Source: Neodothiora populina
Lineage: Eukaryota
Direction: 5' to 3'
Length of the DNA stretch: 64,000 nt
Assembly (NCBI RefSeq): GCF_041146345.1
Contig: NW_027191411.1
Location: 620,001-684,000, forward strand
Made by a program: the position numbers and the translations under genes. Each line of letters starts with the position of its first letter. The first letter of the stretch is position 1. Positions 11,975 to 25,152 of the stretch are shown here, one piece after another. A model generated the notes under the pieces. The model was not told the DNA's origin, ran no database searches, and saw only the letters and a program-made list of their open reading frames with translations.

Positions 11975-13579
11975 TGTCCCCTTTTTGTCATCATCACTAC
12001 TGCGGCTGCCGCTCATGCTGATGCTCCTGCTGATGCTGATGTTGCCGACGCTACTGATGCTGATGCTTATGCTGCTGCTGCCGTTGTTGACTCCTCACAT
12101 CACTATATCACGGGGACATGGCATTGACACCGAGTGCCCAATAGGAGAAGCGCTTTCGCTCCATGCAGGAGCACATCAGACGTGCTCACCCCGAATACTA
12201 TATCCCCAAGCTTCCCGCAACAAAGGAAAGCTTCGAGTTGATGGTCAATTCGCCACCACATGAGCGCGCGCCAAGATTAGATGCCTGGTCTCCGACGTCT
12301 GCTCCTCGACAGCCGCGACAACTGGCTTCCGAAGACCAATATGCCGTCTCGGATCCAGCAGGTCTGTTTCATGAATCCAGCTTCATCGACTTTGAATTCC
12401 CTGCCAACTCATTTGGACAAGGCTCAGGCCCAGTTCAGACAGACGGCTTCTTTCCAGATGGCATTGCGTCTTTTCCCGATGAGTATCGAAGGGGCTCACT
12501 CCTGCCGGCTGCGAACGCCGCTGCCGCTCTCGCGTCACTGCATTACGCTCGCCCCGACGGGCCTGATGGGGCGTGGGAAAATGACCAAGTAGGCATGTCC
12601 CTGGGCACAAGTGCCATGATTGCTAAGAATATGTATCAGAACTTCTTTGTCGATCACATCCCCGATGCAAAGAGAGCTCACTTCGTAGATCCCACCCTGG
12701 GCCCTGACCAGCAATTCCTCGACACCCAGTACCAGCAGGATCCCCCAGAAGACACGCCTGGACTGCTGCCCTCGTCGATGACCAAATCGCCGCCCATCCA
12801 ACACGATCTGCTCCCTCCCGTGCCACGCTCTGTCTCGCGTCCCTCTCGTCCCCGTAAATCATCCCTGTCCCAAAGCGCCCGTAAAGCAAAACATGAAAAG
12901 CACAGAGCGAAGGGGCACTTCAGGAACACCAGTCATGAGCGAAAGGCCCTTTCCGCTGAGCCCAACATGTATGGCAAGAGGTGGGAAGACCTAATTGATG
13001 CTGCCACCTCGGCTACTGAAGAGGACAGCAGAGACTTGACACCCGTGAGTCACGACATCTGGAGAAGCATGACCCGAGCCGCGAACTGACAGACTCCTAC
13101 AGATACCCGTATCACCTTACCGTTCACCACCTGTGCAATCACGTACTTCGCTCCCTCCATTTGCCTTAGGCTCACAATTTCAATCATATACCGCCTCACC
13201 TTTGCAGCAAACTCTCACTCCACCGCCAGCAGAGGATGCACCGAATCCATTGGACATGCATCCTTTCCCATCAGTCGAGAACGAAGCACCTCCTTCTCTG
13301 ACAGACTCGACGCAATCGGGGACCAATTTCCACATCATGCCGTCCAACGCGTCAGATTCGTCGCCTATGTTCTCCAATCCAGTCCAGATCTATTGCGCCG
13401 GCTGCCGACGACTCAGTGTTCTGCGTGACAGCTACGCCTGTCCAGAATGCATCTGTGGCTTGTGTGCAGGATGTGTCGAAACACTCATCGGCGAACACAA
13501 CCGTGGCCGCATCACACAGTGCCCGAGTTGCAGGACGATGGGTGGACGCTTCAAGAAGTTCAACCTTGACCTGCGTTGA
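11809..13579 (+). CDS. Zn-finger protein (N-terminal C2H2-like finger, C-terminal RING-like Cys cluster)
   Basis: CPIKSADGSNCRKKCLG|EKRFRSMQEHIRRAH at the N-terminus; CAGC...CPEC.CGLCAGC...CPSC at the C-terminus. Introns 11917-12144, 12589-12639, 13045-13102. Confidence 0.8.
11941..12080. repeat. intronic microsatellites (CTGC)~8 and degenerate (GCTGAT)n
   Basis: ctgcctgcctgcc... at 11941-11972; gctgatgctcctgctgatgctgatg... at ~12017-12080. Confidence 0.9.
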
Positions 13580-14099
13580 CAACGGGTCTCTGCTCTGATC
13601 CGTTCTACATTCTTTCTTTCCACGTCACATGTCGTGCTTTTGTCCACGTTTCGCGTAATCGCTTCTTTTTTTCATTTGCTTTCATCATTATAGACATGGT
13701 CTCTCATAATGTTTGTGTTACAGTTAGGCGCTGGTAGGCGTTGAACACGGTCGATCTGCTTTTGATCACAAGGATATCCGTGGGAGGTTGTCGAGAAGGC
13801 ACGACTTGGCGAGGACGAGCATAGACATCGGCCGCCCGAAATGATGGTACTCTCTTTTGGAGGAGCCGCGAAAAACAGGAGTTAGGGGCATATATGTCCT
13901 CGAATAGCATCCAAGTCATGTACAATTCATACACATCCTATGGGATCTTTCATAATGCGTGTTGCGTCTATTGAAGAGTGTAATGTCAACCTTGGAGAAA
14001 GAAGATAGCGAGGTGACTTGAGTTCCTGAGGAACAAGAAGAGAAACGAAAAAGCATGACCAGCCTGCGGGGTATCGAAGGAAAAAAACAGAATCCGGCA

Positions 14100-15690
14100 T
14101 CAAGCAAGACCTGCCTGCATGCTCCGCCACCTCTTCATCCACGCGTCTCTCAAGACGTCGTACAAGAAAGCGAACTGGCCATCACTCTGCACCATCATCA
14201 TGCGCTGCTGCCTCAGCACGTCGACCGTCTCGACAATGGGATCCGCATCCTCCGCGACCTGGTCCAAGGCACCGACCTCCAGCTGGCCAAAGAGATAGTC
14301 CAGCGCGATGAATGTGCCCGATCGTCCCACGCCGGCCGAGCAATGGACGATTCTGGGGTTCATGTTAGGGGCCGGTTCAGGGAGGGGACCATGTTGCGCC
14401 GCCGCCGCCGCGCCCGCTACGGCGTCCTGCTGATGGAAGGAGGATGATGGCGGCGGGCTCGAGACCGATGCGTTCAGGCGCGCGGATAGTGTTATGAGCT
14501 CGAGCATGGCGTCTCTGTTTTCGCCTCCTGGCACGGAGAAGTCGGGCCAGCCGGTGAATAGACAGTGGTATACTTCCAATTCTTGCCAGTTGTTTTGCTC
14601 CCCCGTGGTCGCTGGCGTTTGCTCTTGTCCTTGCTGCTGCTGCTGCTGTGCGCCGTTGCTGTGATATCGTCCGTTCTCATGGTCGTCTTGTTGTACTGCC
14701 GTAGCGCCCCGGACTCTGACGAGCAGTTTCCGTATCGTGCTCCTCGTCGCCGCATCCTCCTCGCTCGACACCAGCGTCACAGTCCCCTGAAAGAGATCGT
14801 CCTTGACACCCGGATCGGCAGACAGATTTAGCGGCTTCTCCGCGCTCGAGGGGAAATACTGAAAACACTTCTCGCGGCCGGCCTCGTGGGTCTGCGTCAA
14901 CATGACGATGACGGCGGGACTCGTTGTTTCAGAGGCTAGCATGCGGTAGAAGTGACTCGTGCTGCATTCTTTCGGCCCTTGCGTCGCGATGTATCTCCTG
15001 TTGCCCAGCGCGATTGGCGATGCGTTGATGTAGTCGCTCACGCCTGGCGCGACGCGCAGACGGATGCGATTCGAGGCGTAGGGTTCGACGTTCACGTACC
15101 GGTTGCGCTGCGCGATCTCTTCGCTTGAGGGCAGGCGAGCGAAGCGGGCGGAGAGAGATGATCGGTCTGTTGCTGTGTTGTCTGTTGCAGTTGTGGGAGA
15201 GGAAGAAGAAGCGGCGCTGGCGGCAGAGGGCTTTTGTAGACTGCTGGCTAGGCGATGGCGCTGCTGCCATTCGAGATCTACAAATTTGGTCGCAATGTCT
15301 GTTGAGCGCAAAGAAAAGGAGAGTCACGAATAAGCCTAGGTGTTCGATTGATTCTTGGGAAAGTGCGCCCCTTTTGGGAAAGGTGCTTGGGTTTGGTATT
15401 TACATGCCTGATCGCGATTGCCGCAGGAAGGCAGGAAGAGAAGGGGGATATGCCTGCTGCTGCTGCCCCTCATCGCCATCCATGGCCTCCCCCGCCATTG
15501 AGTTGTCTGCTGAAGAAGAAGCGTTTCCGATGTTGTTTCTCGCTGACCGGTAGGGTGAAAAGGGTTGTTTGCGCCACAGAGTCTTCGCGGGAGACTTGAG
15601 CTTCGAAGTGATTTTGCGATCCACGGTGGGCTGCGACTCCCTCTTGGGGGTTTTGGGCGCTGTGGTGTTCGGGTTCGTGTTCGTGTGCAT
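14100..15690 (-). CDS. classical protein-tyrosine phosphatase (PTP1/Pyp1-like)
   Basis: RNRY, DYINAS, YIATQGP, WPD loop, HCSAGVGRSGT and MVQ motifs. Exon 1 15690-15408, GC-AG intron 15299-15407. Start codon uncertain. Confidence 0.9.
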
Positions 15691-16536
15691 GCCTGAAGGT
15701 TGGGGGTCTTCGCCTCGTTTGGTGTCTTTTCAGGTACTGATTTCTGTCGCGAGATAGGTTGGGCACGAACAGGCAAGCAGGCAAGCAAGGAGGATAGCGC
15801 TACGTGATATGTTGATGCCCAGTCCAAGCCGTGCCTGATAAGTAGAGGGTTCAACGGGACGAGGGAGGGGCGAAGAAGAAAGGGGGGAGAAGAGTACGAG
15901 AAGGAGAGAAGGGGGGCCCGACTGCGGTGGCGATAGCAATGCTGCGAGCGCCGATTCGTATACGTCTGTTTTATTGTATTTCTGACACTTGGCTACGATG
16001 TAAAGTGGACGTTGGGCAAACTATTGGCGCAAATATCTGAAGTGGTCTACCCTACAAACAGGGATAAACAAGGGATAGTTGGGACAGAAGGAGTAGAAAA
16101 AAGGGAGGCGCCCGTGATGCGACAAGATGGTTGCATGCGGGACGACCATCCGCAGGTGTTGATCGCAGAGGTGTGTGTGGCTGACTGATTAGCTAAGGTA
16201 CCCTACCTAATGAATGACCTCGAGTCCAGAAGGTCAGAGTGATCCGCACACAATAAAACAGGGATGTGCGCTCCCTTGATCTTTCAAAAAACACAAGAGC
16301 AAAGCAATAGCGATGATATAATGGAAGGCTCTGAACCCAAGTGTACTGTACTACTGTAAAATCATAGTGGGGCACGAGTACGGGGTCTAGAACATGGAGG
16401 GACACTCGCAGCACACTACCTGCGTAACAGTCTAATATGCTACCTTAGTAAAGGCAAAGGTTGGCATTAGTGAGTGCCCTTACAGCAGGATACAGCGCAG
16501 GATTAACAGTACAGTACCTTGGTTACCACGCATTTC

Positions 16537-16566
16537 ATTGCTTAATTGCTTAATTGCTTGCTTAAT
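16537..16566. repeat. short tandem repeat (ATTGCTTA)~3
   Basis: attgcttaattgcttaattgcttgcttaat in the divergent intergenic region. Confidence 0.7.
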
Positions 16567-16892
16567 CGAATTGCCCCTCGATCCTAGGGCTTGCCGTAAA
16601 TCCTTCCCAACGCCGCGGCAAATCAGAAGCGACTTGTTGTAAGTAATCTAAGGGTCCGACCTCGTCGACATATCATAATCCATCAGGCACGCCTGATTCA
16701 GGTAGTTTTCTTAGCAGGCTCTCACTCATGCAACATACCGCCTATACCTGATTCAGCCAAAGCAAGAATCGCCACCACTTCAACCACCTTGCTCAATCGC
16801 ATCCGCTCTCAGCGTCACTCACGCCGAGACAAACACCCCGGACACAACAATCTCAGCTCCATCGGCCATAATCTACCCAACCACTCGCCACC

Positions 16893-17391
16893 ATGAGAGG
16901 AGCACCCTGGATGGCCCTGGTAGAGGCGTTCCTCGTCAAGAAACTCCTCGAAAGTCCCGCATTTCACCGCGCCATCGGCAAAGCGCACAAGAACGTCCAT
17001 CGTCTACGACACGGATTGCCACCGGAAGAGACGGGAGGCACCAAACTCGACAGTCCTGCCGGCAGGGGATTCCTGGGTCACTTTGTGGACGAGATCAAGG
17101 ACCAGGCGCTCAGAGGTGGGAAGGGCAACGCTGCCGATACGTCTAATGGTGGACTTCGTTCGCACACTCCGCCGCGACGACCACAGCAGCAGCAGCAGCA
17201 GCAGCAAGCTCGGCGATCACAACCCCGCTCGCAAACACAAAGATTCGACGAGGCCGATCATGCCTGTAAGACAACAGTGACTGACGAGAAGAGTCATAGC
17301 TGACAGTACGACAGCACAGCAGCCGGGTTTCATGACGAACTTCCTCGACGAACTCAAAGGCCAGTTCCGCGGCGGCAAGAGCGGCAGATGA
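16893..17391 (+). CDS. small mitochondrial Mrx7/MIOREX-component-7-like protein
   Basis: EAFLVKKLLESPAFHRAIGKAH motif recalled from the Mrx7-like family. Intron 17266-17314 (GTAAGA...GCTGAC...ACAG) gives 149 aa. Confidence 0.65.
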
Positions 17392-18384
17392 GCCGCGCAA
17401 GGAAGCGAGCCATGTGCTCAATCCAGCAATTACAACGCGATCGAAATCTAGCTGCATGAAGCAGCCACGATCATCAGCAGCTCGTCGCATACTGAGCGGG
17501 GACCACCAGTACCGAGACTAGGAGGGCTATCCTATCGAGAACGATAAGTCGAAAACCCGAGTAATCCATCCGAACTCAAACACCGAGCCGCATAGAAAAC
17601 CCCTTCCCCAGCCGCTCCTTCCGCAAGAAAAGATGTACAGACCTCAAGGGAAGGAGGATCGTCAAACCATCTCGAGACCCTCCGCCGTCCGCCTCCGTCA
17701 TCGAGATCCCAGTCTGGAACTTCGCGATGCGCAGAGACGTTCTTGAGATCGACAACCACGAACTCGTATGGACGTGTTCATATATTCATGGCATGTATAA
17801 CAGCCAAGGTCATCCGACGATAGGGAAGACTCGGCGGTCGGACTCTGTCGGACGTCCGAAAGGGGAAAGATATGCCTGGTTGTACTTGTACAGAGCCAGG
17901 CAAAGCGAGAAACCAAGAGTTGATCCTTGGCGGGTTGTCTGGTCTGATATCAGCAGTCCGCTGCTTCTACAGTAGGTATCGCTACATAATCGAGCCATGG
18001 GAACGCGACATGTAGAGATGATATGCACTTGGCGAAATGCATCCGCTTCCTTTACAAATACTGCTCATCGGCATGAGCCGCGGCTTCAAGATCCGCAAAG
18101 ATAGCTGCGGTGATCGACTCAAAATGTAGACTGACCTGAGTCGAATGTATATTATATTACATGTATGTAAAGAAATCAATTACCACCATAGTACGTTTCC
18201 GGGTATCAGTATGTAAATGACTCCTGGCGGCTGTGTCGCTGCCGTCAAGGCTTTGGAACTGTCCGTGACCATCCAGCTATCGCGTGAGCTGTTTCTATAT
18301 CCTGCCTGTTCTGATGAACAGCATCCTGTTGTATCATTCACGAAGACCATTTATCGAAGGCGCACGTGATAAGGGCACCCTTCG

Positions 18385-19736
18385 TCATGCTTCGAGACCA
18401 ACCCTTCGCTTGAAGTCTTGGGTCTCTTCCACCGACAGTCCTGCGAGCTGTCCTCGCTCCAATTGCACCAGAACCGGCGGCTCTATTGATTGCGAGAGCG
18501 CAGCCAGGTAAGATGCGATTCTTTCCTCGAAAGTCACCATCGAGAAATCAGCTGCTACTCGGGTGAAGTGATCGGCTGTGGACACGTGCGGTCCATGTCG
18601 TAGCTTGAACTGTCATTTTAGTATATCCCTCGTATAGTTGTCTGAGGATCAGGCCATGCGTGTAGACTTACTCGGCTCATGTATTGATTGCGTATTTCCT
18701 CCCAATCTTCGATCTCGGTCTCAGCTGTGGTCGTGGGAGGGTCTTGACCAAAATCAACAACGTCTTCATCTGCGAGGTCTGCTGCGAACATCTGGTTTAC
18801 TACTGCCTCGCCGTCCCATCGCCGGTCCCCTTCGACTTCGCAATCAATTTCCATCGGCTCGTCCAATTTGCCACCAAGGTGTTCCGATTGGTGCCTATCA
18901 GAGCCAGGGAGGAATCCCCAAGCGAAAGCTTCATTCACGAGTTCTGGGTCGCTCGCTCTGAAACACATGTAGTTTTCCAGAACACTTAACAGCATGAACT
19001 CCCCGGCCAGGTTCATCCAGTGCTGGGTGATTCCAAAATCAGCATTCAGTTGAGCTCTGGCTGCGGATAGATACATGAAAGATGGCAGCAGGTCCATAAG
19101 GGATAAACAAGTTGCGGAGCCGTAAAATTCTTCGCTTGCGCTGTCCTTGGTAAGATGCTCCAAAACCTGTGCACGAAAGTATTGCACTTGAGATTGGGTG
19201 AATGGCAGCTGAATGCCGTAGGAGATTCCATTCGTATCTGGCTGCTTTTGCGCTCTGAGCTTCTGCCATCCCTGAGCGCGCATTCGGTACATAGACCTTA
19301 GTTGCCGAATATTATCCAATGATGGCGTTGTCGAGGTCGGTATTAGCCGGTGGCAGAACATGATGGAGAACCGCAGCAAATCCAGTCGAAATTGAACAAT
19401 CCGTGAGACATCTTCCAATGAGTACTTGCTTTTGAATATCTCCAAGAATGCTGGACGAAATTGTAAGATGTCTTATGAATTTCCATAACTACGGAGTTGT
19501 ACTAGGACCGGCAGAGGTCCATGGTATGAGGGAAACTTACAGTCCACCGAATTGATAGCTAATTCAGCATTTTTTGTGGTTTCAGCATCAGATAAAGTGC
19601 CCCTGAGCTGGCTCTGATGACATTCTAGGACATTGGTAATTGCTGAGTATAACAAACGATCAAGTATCAACATGTCCACGTCAGTCTGTAGACCAGGGTC
19701 TTCATCTGTGCCTTTGTTCTGCATAGGGCTATCCAT
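18385..19736 (-). CDS. conserved fungal hypothetical protein with N-terminal LisH-like motif
   Basis: DVDMLILDRLLY motif. Three exons joined in frame by introns 19451-19540 and 18610-18671. Confidence 0.7.
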
Positions 19737-20688
19737 TGTATCGGGTTCAATGGGCGTGCAGTGAGACAACACTCGGATAAGTACAAGAAAGAGAGATGAA
19801 AAAAATCAGCAAGCAGCTCATGAGGTGATTTGTACTCTCGAGGGATCTTGAGCAATCTGTTGGTGGTAGACCACCAGATAAGAGAATGCAGAGCTCGCCA
19901 AAGGAAACAGGGAGTCTTTTTGCTTCGCGAGAAACATATTCTTTAACAGGCGTTTTACCTATCGTGTTTGTTCTGATATAGATTGAAGATCGTCAGCGGG
20001 GGCGGTAATCTCTTACTGACTACCAAGCGGGTGCAATCAAAGGGTCATTATTATCCAATGAATCTTGAAGATCAGAGCAAATCGCAGTCAAAGACTACAA
20101 TAGTGAAAAGGTGCAATCACCGGATAAGAGCATGACCGAGATGTCTAAGTTGGCATTACATGAGCAAGCGCCAAGAAAGGAGGTTCAGAATTCGAGTCCC
20201 CATCCGACACAGCATAATTATTCGGTTTACTTTCGGAGTGGATGGTGGCACTTGGACCACTTCACGGCTTCAAAAATAGACGACTTCCAGATATCACAAT
20301 CTGCCCGCAATCAAGTTATTGTAAATGGAAAAACTTGCACAGCAGGGTTCGGTCGACTGATGTAAGTCGATCCTCTGTCGAGCTCCTCCGCCCAGCAGTC
20401 GAGAGAGCAGCAACGCGCCACAGTGTCACTGCTCGACATAGTATAGCCATCTGGTACGGCCACATTCTTCTTGCACAGACTCGAGGCATGCAATACGTGG
20501 CTGTGTAGTAAACTACCACTGCCACACGCGTATACAATTCCGGTCTTTTGCCTGCAACAAGGAATACATATATGAGTCTCGTCAAGCCGTACCATATTAC
20601 TGTGCTAAGTATCTTTATCTTAATCCTCTTTATCATTCCAGTTTCCTTTCAAGACAGCCCGACGTATATCCTTGACTCGAAAGAGAGC

Positions 20689-22456
20689 ATGTTTCATCAT
20701 CAGTTCCCTCCAGCTGGTCACCACGGTCACCATGGCGACATGAAACATCATGGTGCTGATTACAGGTCTGTGGCATATTTTGTCAATTGGGTATGGGTGC
20801 TTCAAGTTGGATTGCTTTGCATGTGCTGTTTGTTAATCTGTACTAAAGGCAATATACGGACGGAACCATCAACCACAGGATCTCCCAGCAAACAAACTGA
20901 CCCATATCCTCTATGCATTTGCCAATGTCCGTCCAGAGTCGGGTGAAGTGTATCTGTCTGATACCTGGTCCGATATCGAGAAGCATTATCCGTCGGACTC
21001 GTGGAACGACGTCGGAACCAATGTTTATGGCTGCTTCAAGCAGCTTTTCCTCCTCAAAAAGCGCAACAGAGCCATGAAAGTGCTACTCAGCATCGGCGGT
21101 TGGACCTACTCGTCCAACTTTGCTGCCCCTGCGTCCACCGAGGCCGGACGACGTCAGTTTGCAGAGAGTGCAGTCTGTCTGCTCAAAGATCTCGGACTTG
21201 ATGGCCTTGACGTTGATTGGGAGTATCCAAAGAACGAAGCCGAAGCAGAGCATTACGTGTTGTTACTGAAAGCTGTGCGCGAGGAGCTGAACGCCTACTC
21301 TCACTCTCTGCCACAGAGGCCGCATTTCCTCTTGACGGTTGCATCACCTTGCGGGCCTGAAAACTACAACCGTATGCGTTTACGCGAGATGGACCAGTAT
21401 CTGGATTTCTGGAATATGATGGCATACGATTTTGCTGGGTCATGGGACTCCAAGGCTGGACATCAAGCAAACATTCTGCCTTCACACCACAATCCAGCCA
21501 GTACCAGCTTCAGTGCTGAGGCCGCCATGAGACATTATATCCACACCGCCGGCATTGCTCCACAAAAGTTAGTCCTCGGCATGCCGTTGTACGGTAGGAT
21601 GTTTGCCAACACGGACGGGCCGGGAACTTCGTTCTCCGGGGTGGGTGGTGAGGGCAGCTGGGAGCCTGGCTGCTGGGATTACAAGGTAGGTTCAATGCTC
21701 CCCCATTCCCACATCTGTCTCGCACATGGCACTGCACCCGGACCTTTGATGATACTGAAAAGACCTGAGACCCTATCCAATCTAACAAATCGGATGACAA
21801 GTGGCCTCGGTTCTTCTGTGCCTTCGGCGCTTCGCTCGGATGATATGAAGCCCGCTGTTTTCGAACTTCTGTGGTTTCTACGTCTTGTGGCGATTCGCTA
21901 CACCAAGGAGACCAAGACTCGCAGCCACTGGGTCGGTGACTCTAAAAAAGATACTTGATCTAATCTGACTGGCTGTTTTACTCAACAATCACACACGAAG
22001 ACGATGATCAAACTCGAACAGCTGGCTGACCATGTCTCACTTGCACAGGTCCTTCCGCGACCCGGCGCGACGGAACACTACGACAACGAAGCACTGGCGT
22101 CGTGGTGCTACGATGCTGCAAATAGGACCATGGTCACATACGATACACCCGCCAATGCCGCAGCCAAAGTAGAGTATATCAAGAAGAGGCAGCTAGGCGG
22201 CGCCATGTGGTGGGAAAGCAGCGGAGACAAGACTGGAGATGACAGTCTTATCAATCTGGTACGTCTCATTGGCCGCACTCGCCCTGTTTCAATGGACATT
22301 TAGAGTGTATGATTCGCTAACATTTGTTATTTCCCTGTACAGACGGTCCATGGACTAGGCGGCTACGAAGGCAGACACATGGACACGACGCCCAACGTCC
22401 TCGAATATCCTCACAGCAAATACGACAATCTTCGGGCTGGTTTCCCGAACGAATAG
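20689..22456 (+). CDS. GH18 endochitinase (subgroup A / class V)
   Basis: [19 protein letters not shown], catalytic [22 protein letters not shown]. Introns 20791-20848, 21686-22048, 22259-22342. Alternative upstream in-frame ATG at 20572. Confidence 0.93.
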
Positions 22457-23235
22457 GAGAAGAAGACGACGACGACGACGACGCCCCACGGCGCCTTTTT
22501 GTTTATTGCGAACTTCACATTACTGTGACTAGGACAATTGGCTCGAGTTCCGTCAGGGTTAATGGCCTTTGTACTGTATACCTATATTGTTCGGAAGGGG
22601 ATACAATACAAATTTCGTGATCTCCCGCAACATTGTATATCCGGTTCGTAGACTCGACAGGGCAGCTCCACCGCGCCGGGAACAGGTGGGCACGGACCAT
22701 TCGCGGGGGGGGGGAAATGAGAACTTACAGTATGACGTCGATTGTCACGATAGCAGATAGCCGACCTGGTGGTATAGACAGTAAGGTAATCCACCAAATA
22801 TCTCGCATCCTCGAGCATACAGAAGAGGTATAAGAAGTAAGAATATACAATGAGCATCTCCGTAGCAGCAGCAAGAAGTAAGTAAAAGGGGAAGGGAATA
22901 AGCCAAACAAATCCCGACCACAGATAGAATCAGAAGCAATCCTCCGAGAGCGAGAGACTCTGGCGCAAAACAAGGCACAGTCGCCAATCCGAGCAACTTT
23001 AACCCCACCTCGCCGTCTTCTCTACCTCTGCCTTGCTCTATACCACTCCAGGTCTCCGAGTCTTCTCGCTTATACACCATTGTGCTTGTCCGTTGCATCA
23101 AAGCTCTTCTGTTCATCTGCGCCAGATTTGACGTACAATTCACACCCGTCGTCCAGATCTCCGACTAGGAAAGTAGAGAAGCAGAGAAAAGCGAACTCCA
23201 TCGAAAGACCGAAAGAAGCAACAGCAAAAAACAAA

Positions 23236-24608
23236 ATGGCGACCTTCACGCCCGTCAACGAGCCCTTCCTGAAGCACCTCGCGGTTCAAAAAACGCCCTA
23301 CATCATGCTGACGGCCGAGACCGACGACTTTGACGACGTCACGCTACAAGACTGGAGAGACGAGGGGTTCGTGGTCACGTATGTGCCGCTGGGCAACGGC
23401 GGCGCCGAGTACACGAGGCGGCTGCATGCGGTCGCGGATCAGGTCGTGGGCATCAGTGAGCATTATGCTATCGTAGGTATATATCACACATTCAAGATCC
23501 CCTGTTTCTGTCTCTTTCTTGCCTTTGTTAAGGGGTGGTTGGAGTGCAAGTGAAAGGAAGATGGCGGGCTGACGAGAAGAAACAACGAACAGCATTCGGC
23601 GACGCGGCCGCAGCCTGTCTAGAAGCGCACATCAAAGCCGTGCCGCGCCTCTGCGCCTTAATCGCCTACTACCCCTCGTCGATACCGGATCCGCCTCGCA
23701 CGACGTATCCCATGCAAATGTCCGTCCTGATCCATCTCGTCGGCAACGAGATTGGAGTGAATCGCACTTCGGAGGTGTTGGGCATACAGGGCAAGAGGAA
23801 GACAGTGCGAAAGAGAGTGGAACCCGGAATGGGGCTCGGAGGAGAGATGAAACTGAGTGTTCCGTCGTACAAGTACGAGGGCGTCGAGTCTGGGTTCGCG
23901 GAACATGATCTGGACGAGTACAATCCTGTGGCGACAGGGCTGGCGTGGAGCCGGAGTCTGGACGTTGTGAGACGCGCGTTTGGAATGAAGGTGGACATTG
24001 AGAGGATACGAGACGAGCATCTTGATCGTGAGCCAACACTTTGAACATCTGAGCACACGAGCAAGAGGAAAAGGCACTGAACGCTGATGACAAAACCAGA
24101 CACGACGAAAGCCAATGCGCAAAAGGCAGTCGGAATGATGGACAGACACGCACAACTCTTCCACACACCGACCTTGACAGGCGCAATCGGAGCCGAGGAT
24201 CTCGAGACATTCTACGCCGAATACTTCCACCCGAGCCCAGCAATGCTGAATGCGCGACTACTATCACGAACGGTGGGGGTAGACCGAGTAGTGGACGAGA
24301 TGAACCTGTCATTCAAGCACAAGCAAGAAATCGACTGGCTGCTGCCCGGGATCCCACCGACGAATCGGCAGATTGAGATTACGCTGGTCAGTATCGTTTG
24401 CATCAAGGGCGGGAAACTGGTCAGTGAGCATGTATACTGGGATCAGGCGTCGGTCCTGGTGCAGGCAGGGCTGCTGGATCCGAAAAACGTGCCGCAGAAG
24501 CTCAAGAAGGAGGGCATAGAGAGGTTGCCGGTGATTGGAGCCGATGGCGCAAGGGCTGTGTTGAAGCACGATGCGAGGATCATGAATGGATTGATACCGG
24601 ATTGGTGA
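23236..24608 (+). CDS. dienelactone hydrolase-like protein with C-terminal SnoaL/NTF2-like domain
   Basis: YAIVAFGDAA, LIAYYP, GFAEHDLDEY...AWSRSL, SRTVGVDRVVDE, EHVYWDQASVLVQ. Introns 23477-23592 and 24028-24099. Confidence 0.85.
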
Positions 24609-25152
24609 TTTGAGTGAGGATGAGTATCAAGTTATTCCTGGGCGAGTGATTGGACGAATACCTTACGCAGGGACAGTAGTCGAACGTTGTATCAACTGTG
24701 CCATGTCAAAGGGGATTCGGGACAAGGTTTCTGATCACTCGACGTAAGCCGCATGCCACTGTGATTTTGTGGTGCGCTCTACGACATCAAGCCAAGTAAA
24801 ACCTGCAGATCTGAACAGACCCAGCATATATTGAAATAGCAAGAGGCCTCGGCAGCTGGGCCTCTATCTTACTCTATACCACATTTTGCAAATGTGAATG
24901 AATTGCGAAACCATAGGAGCCAAAGACGAGACGGGAGTGAGCGACTGCCACATCGGCGAACAGGGCGCACAGGCCACCAGCGAGAGCTTCACAGCGGGCG
25001 GCGCGTTTGTCTCCAAGAAAAGTTGAGGGACAAGAAGAGGAAGAACACAGGACAGATTGTTATTGCATCGACATCAACTCTGTGCTTTGAAAAGAAGAGA
25101 CTGTATAATTGTAGCCTTCTGACGACTTTTCGTTCCACAAATCTCCTCCAAC

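Noticed and set aside
11907..12263. Leu/Met-rich 'membrane protein' ORF
   Set aside because: Translation of intronic CTGC/GCTGAT microsatellites.
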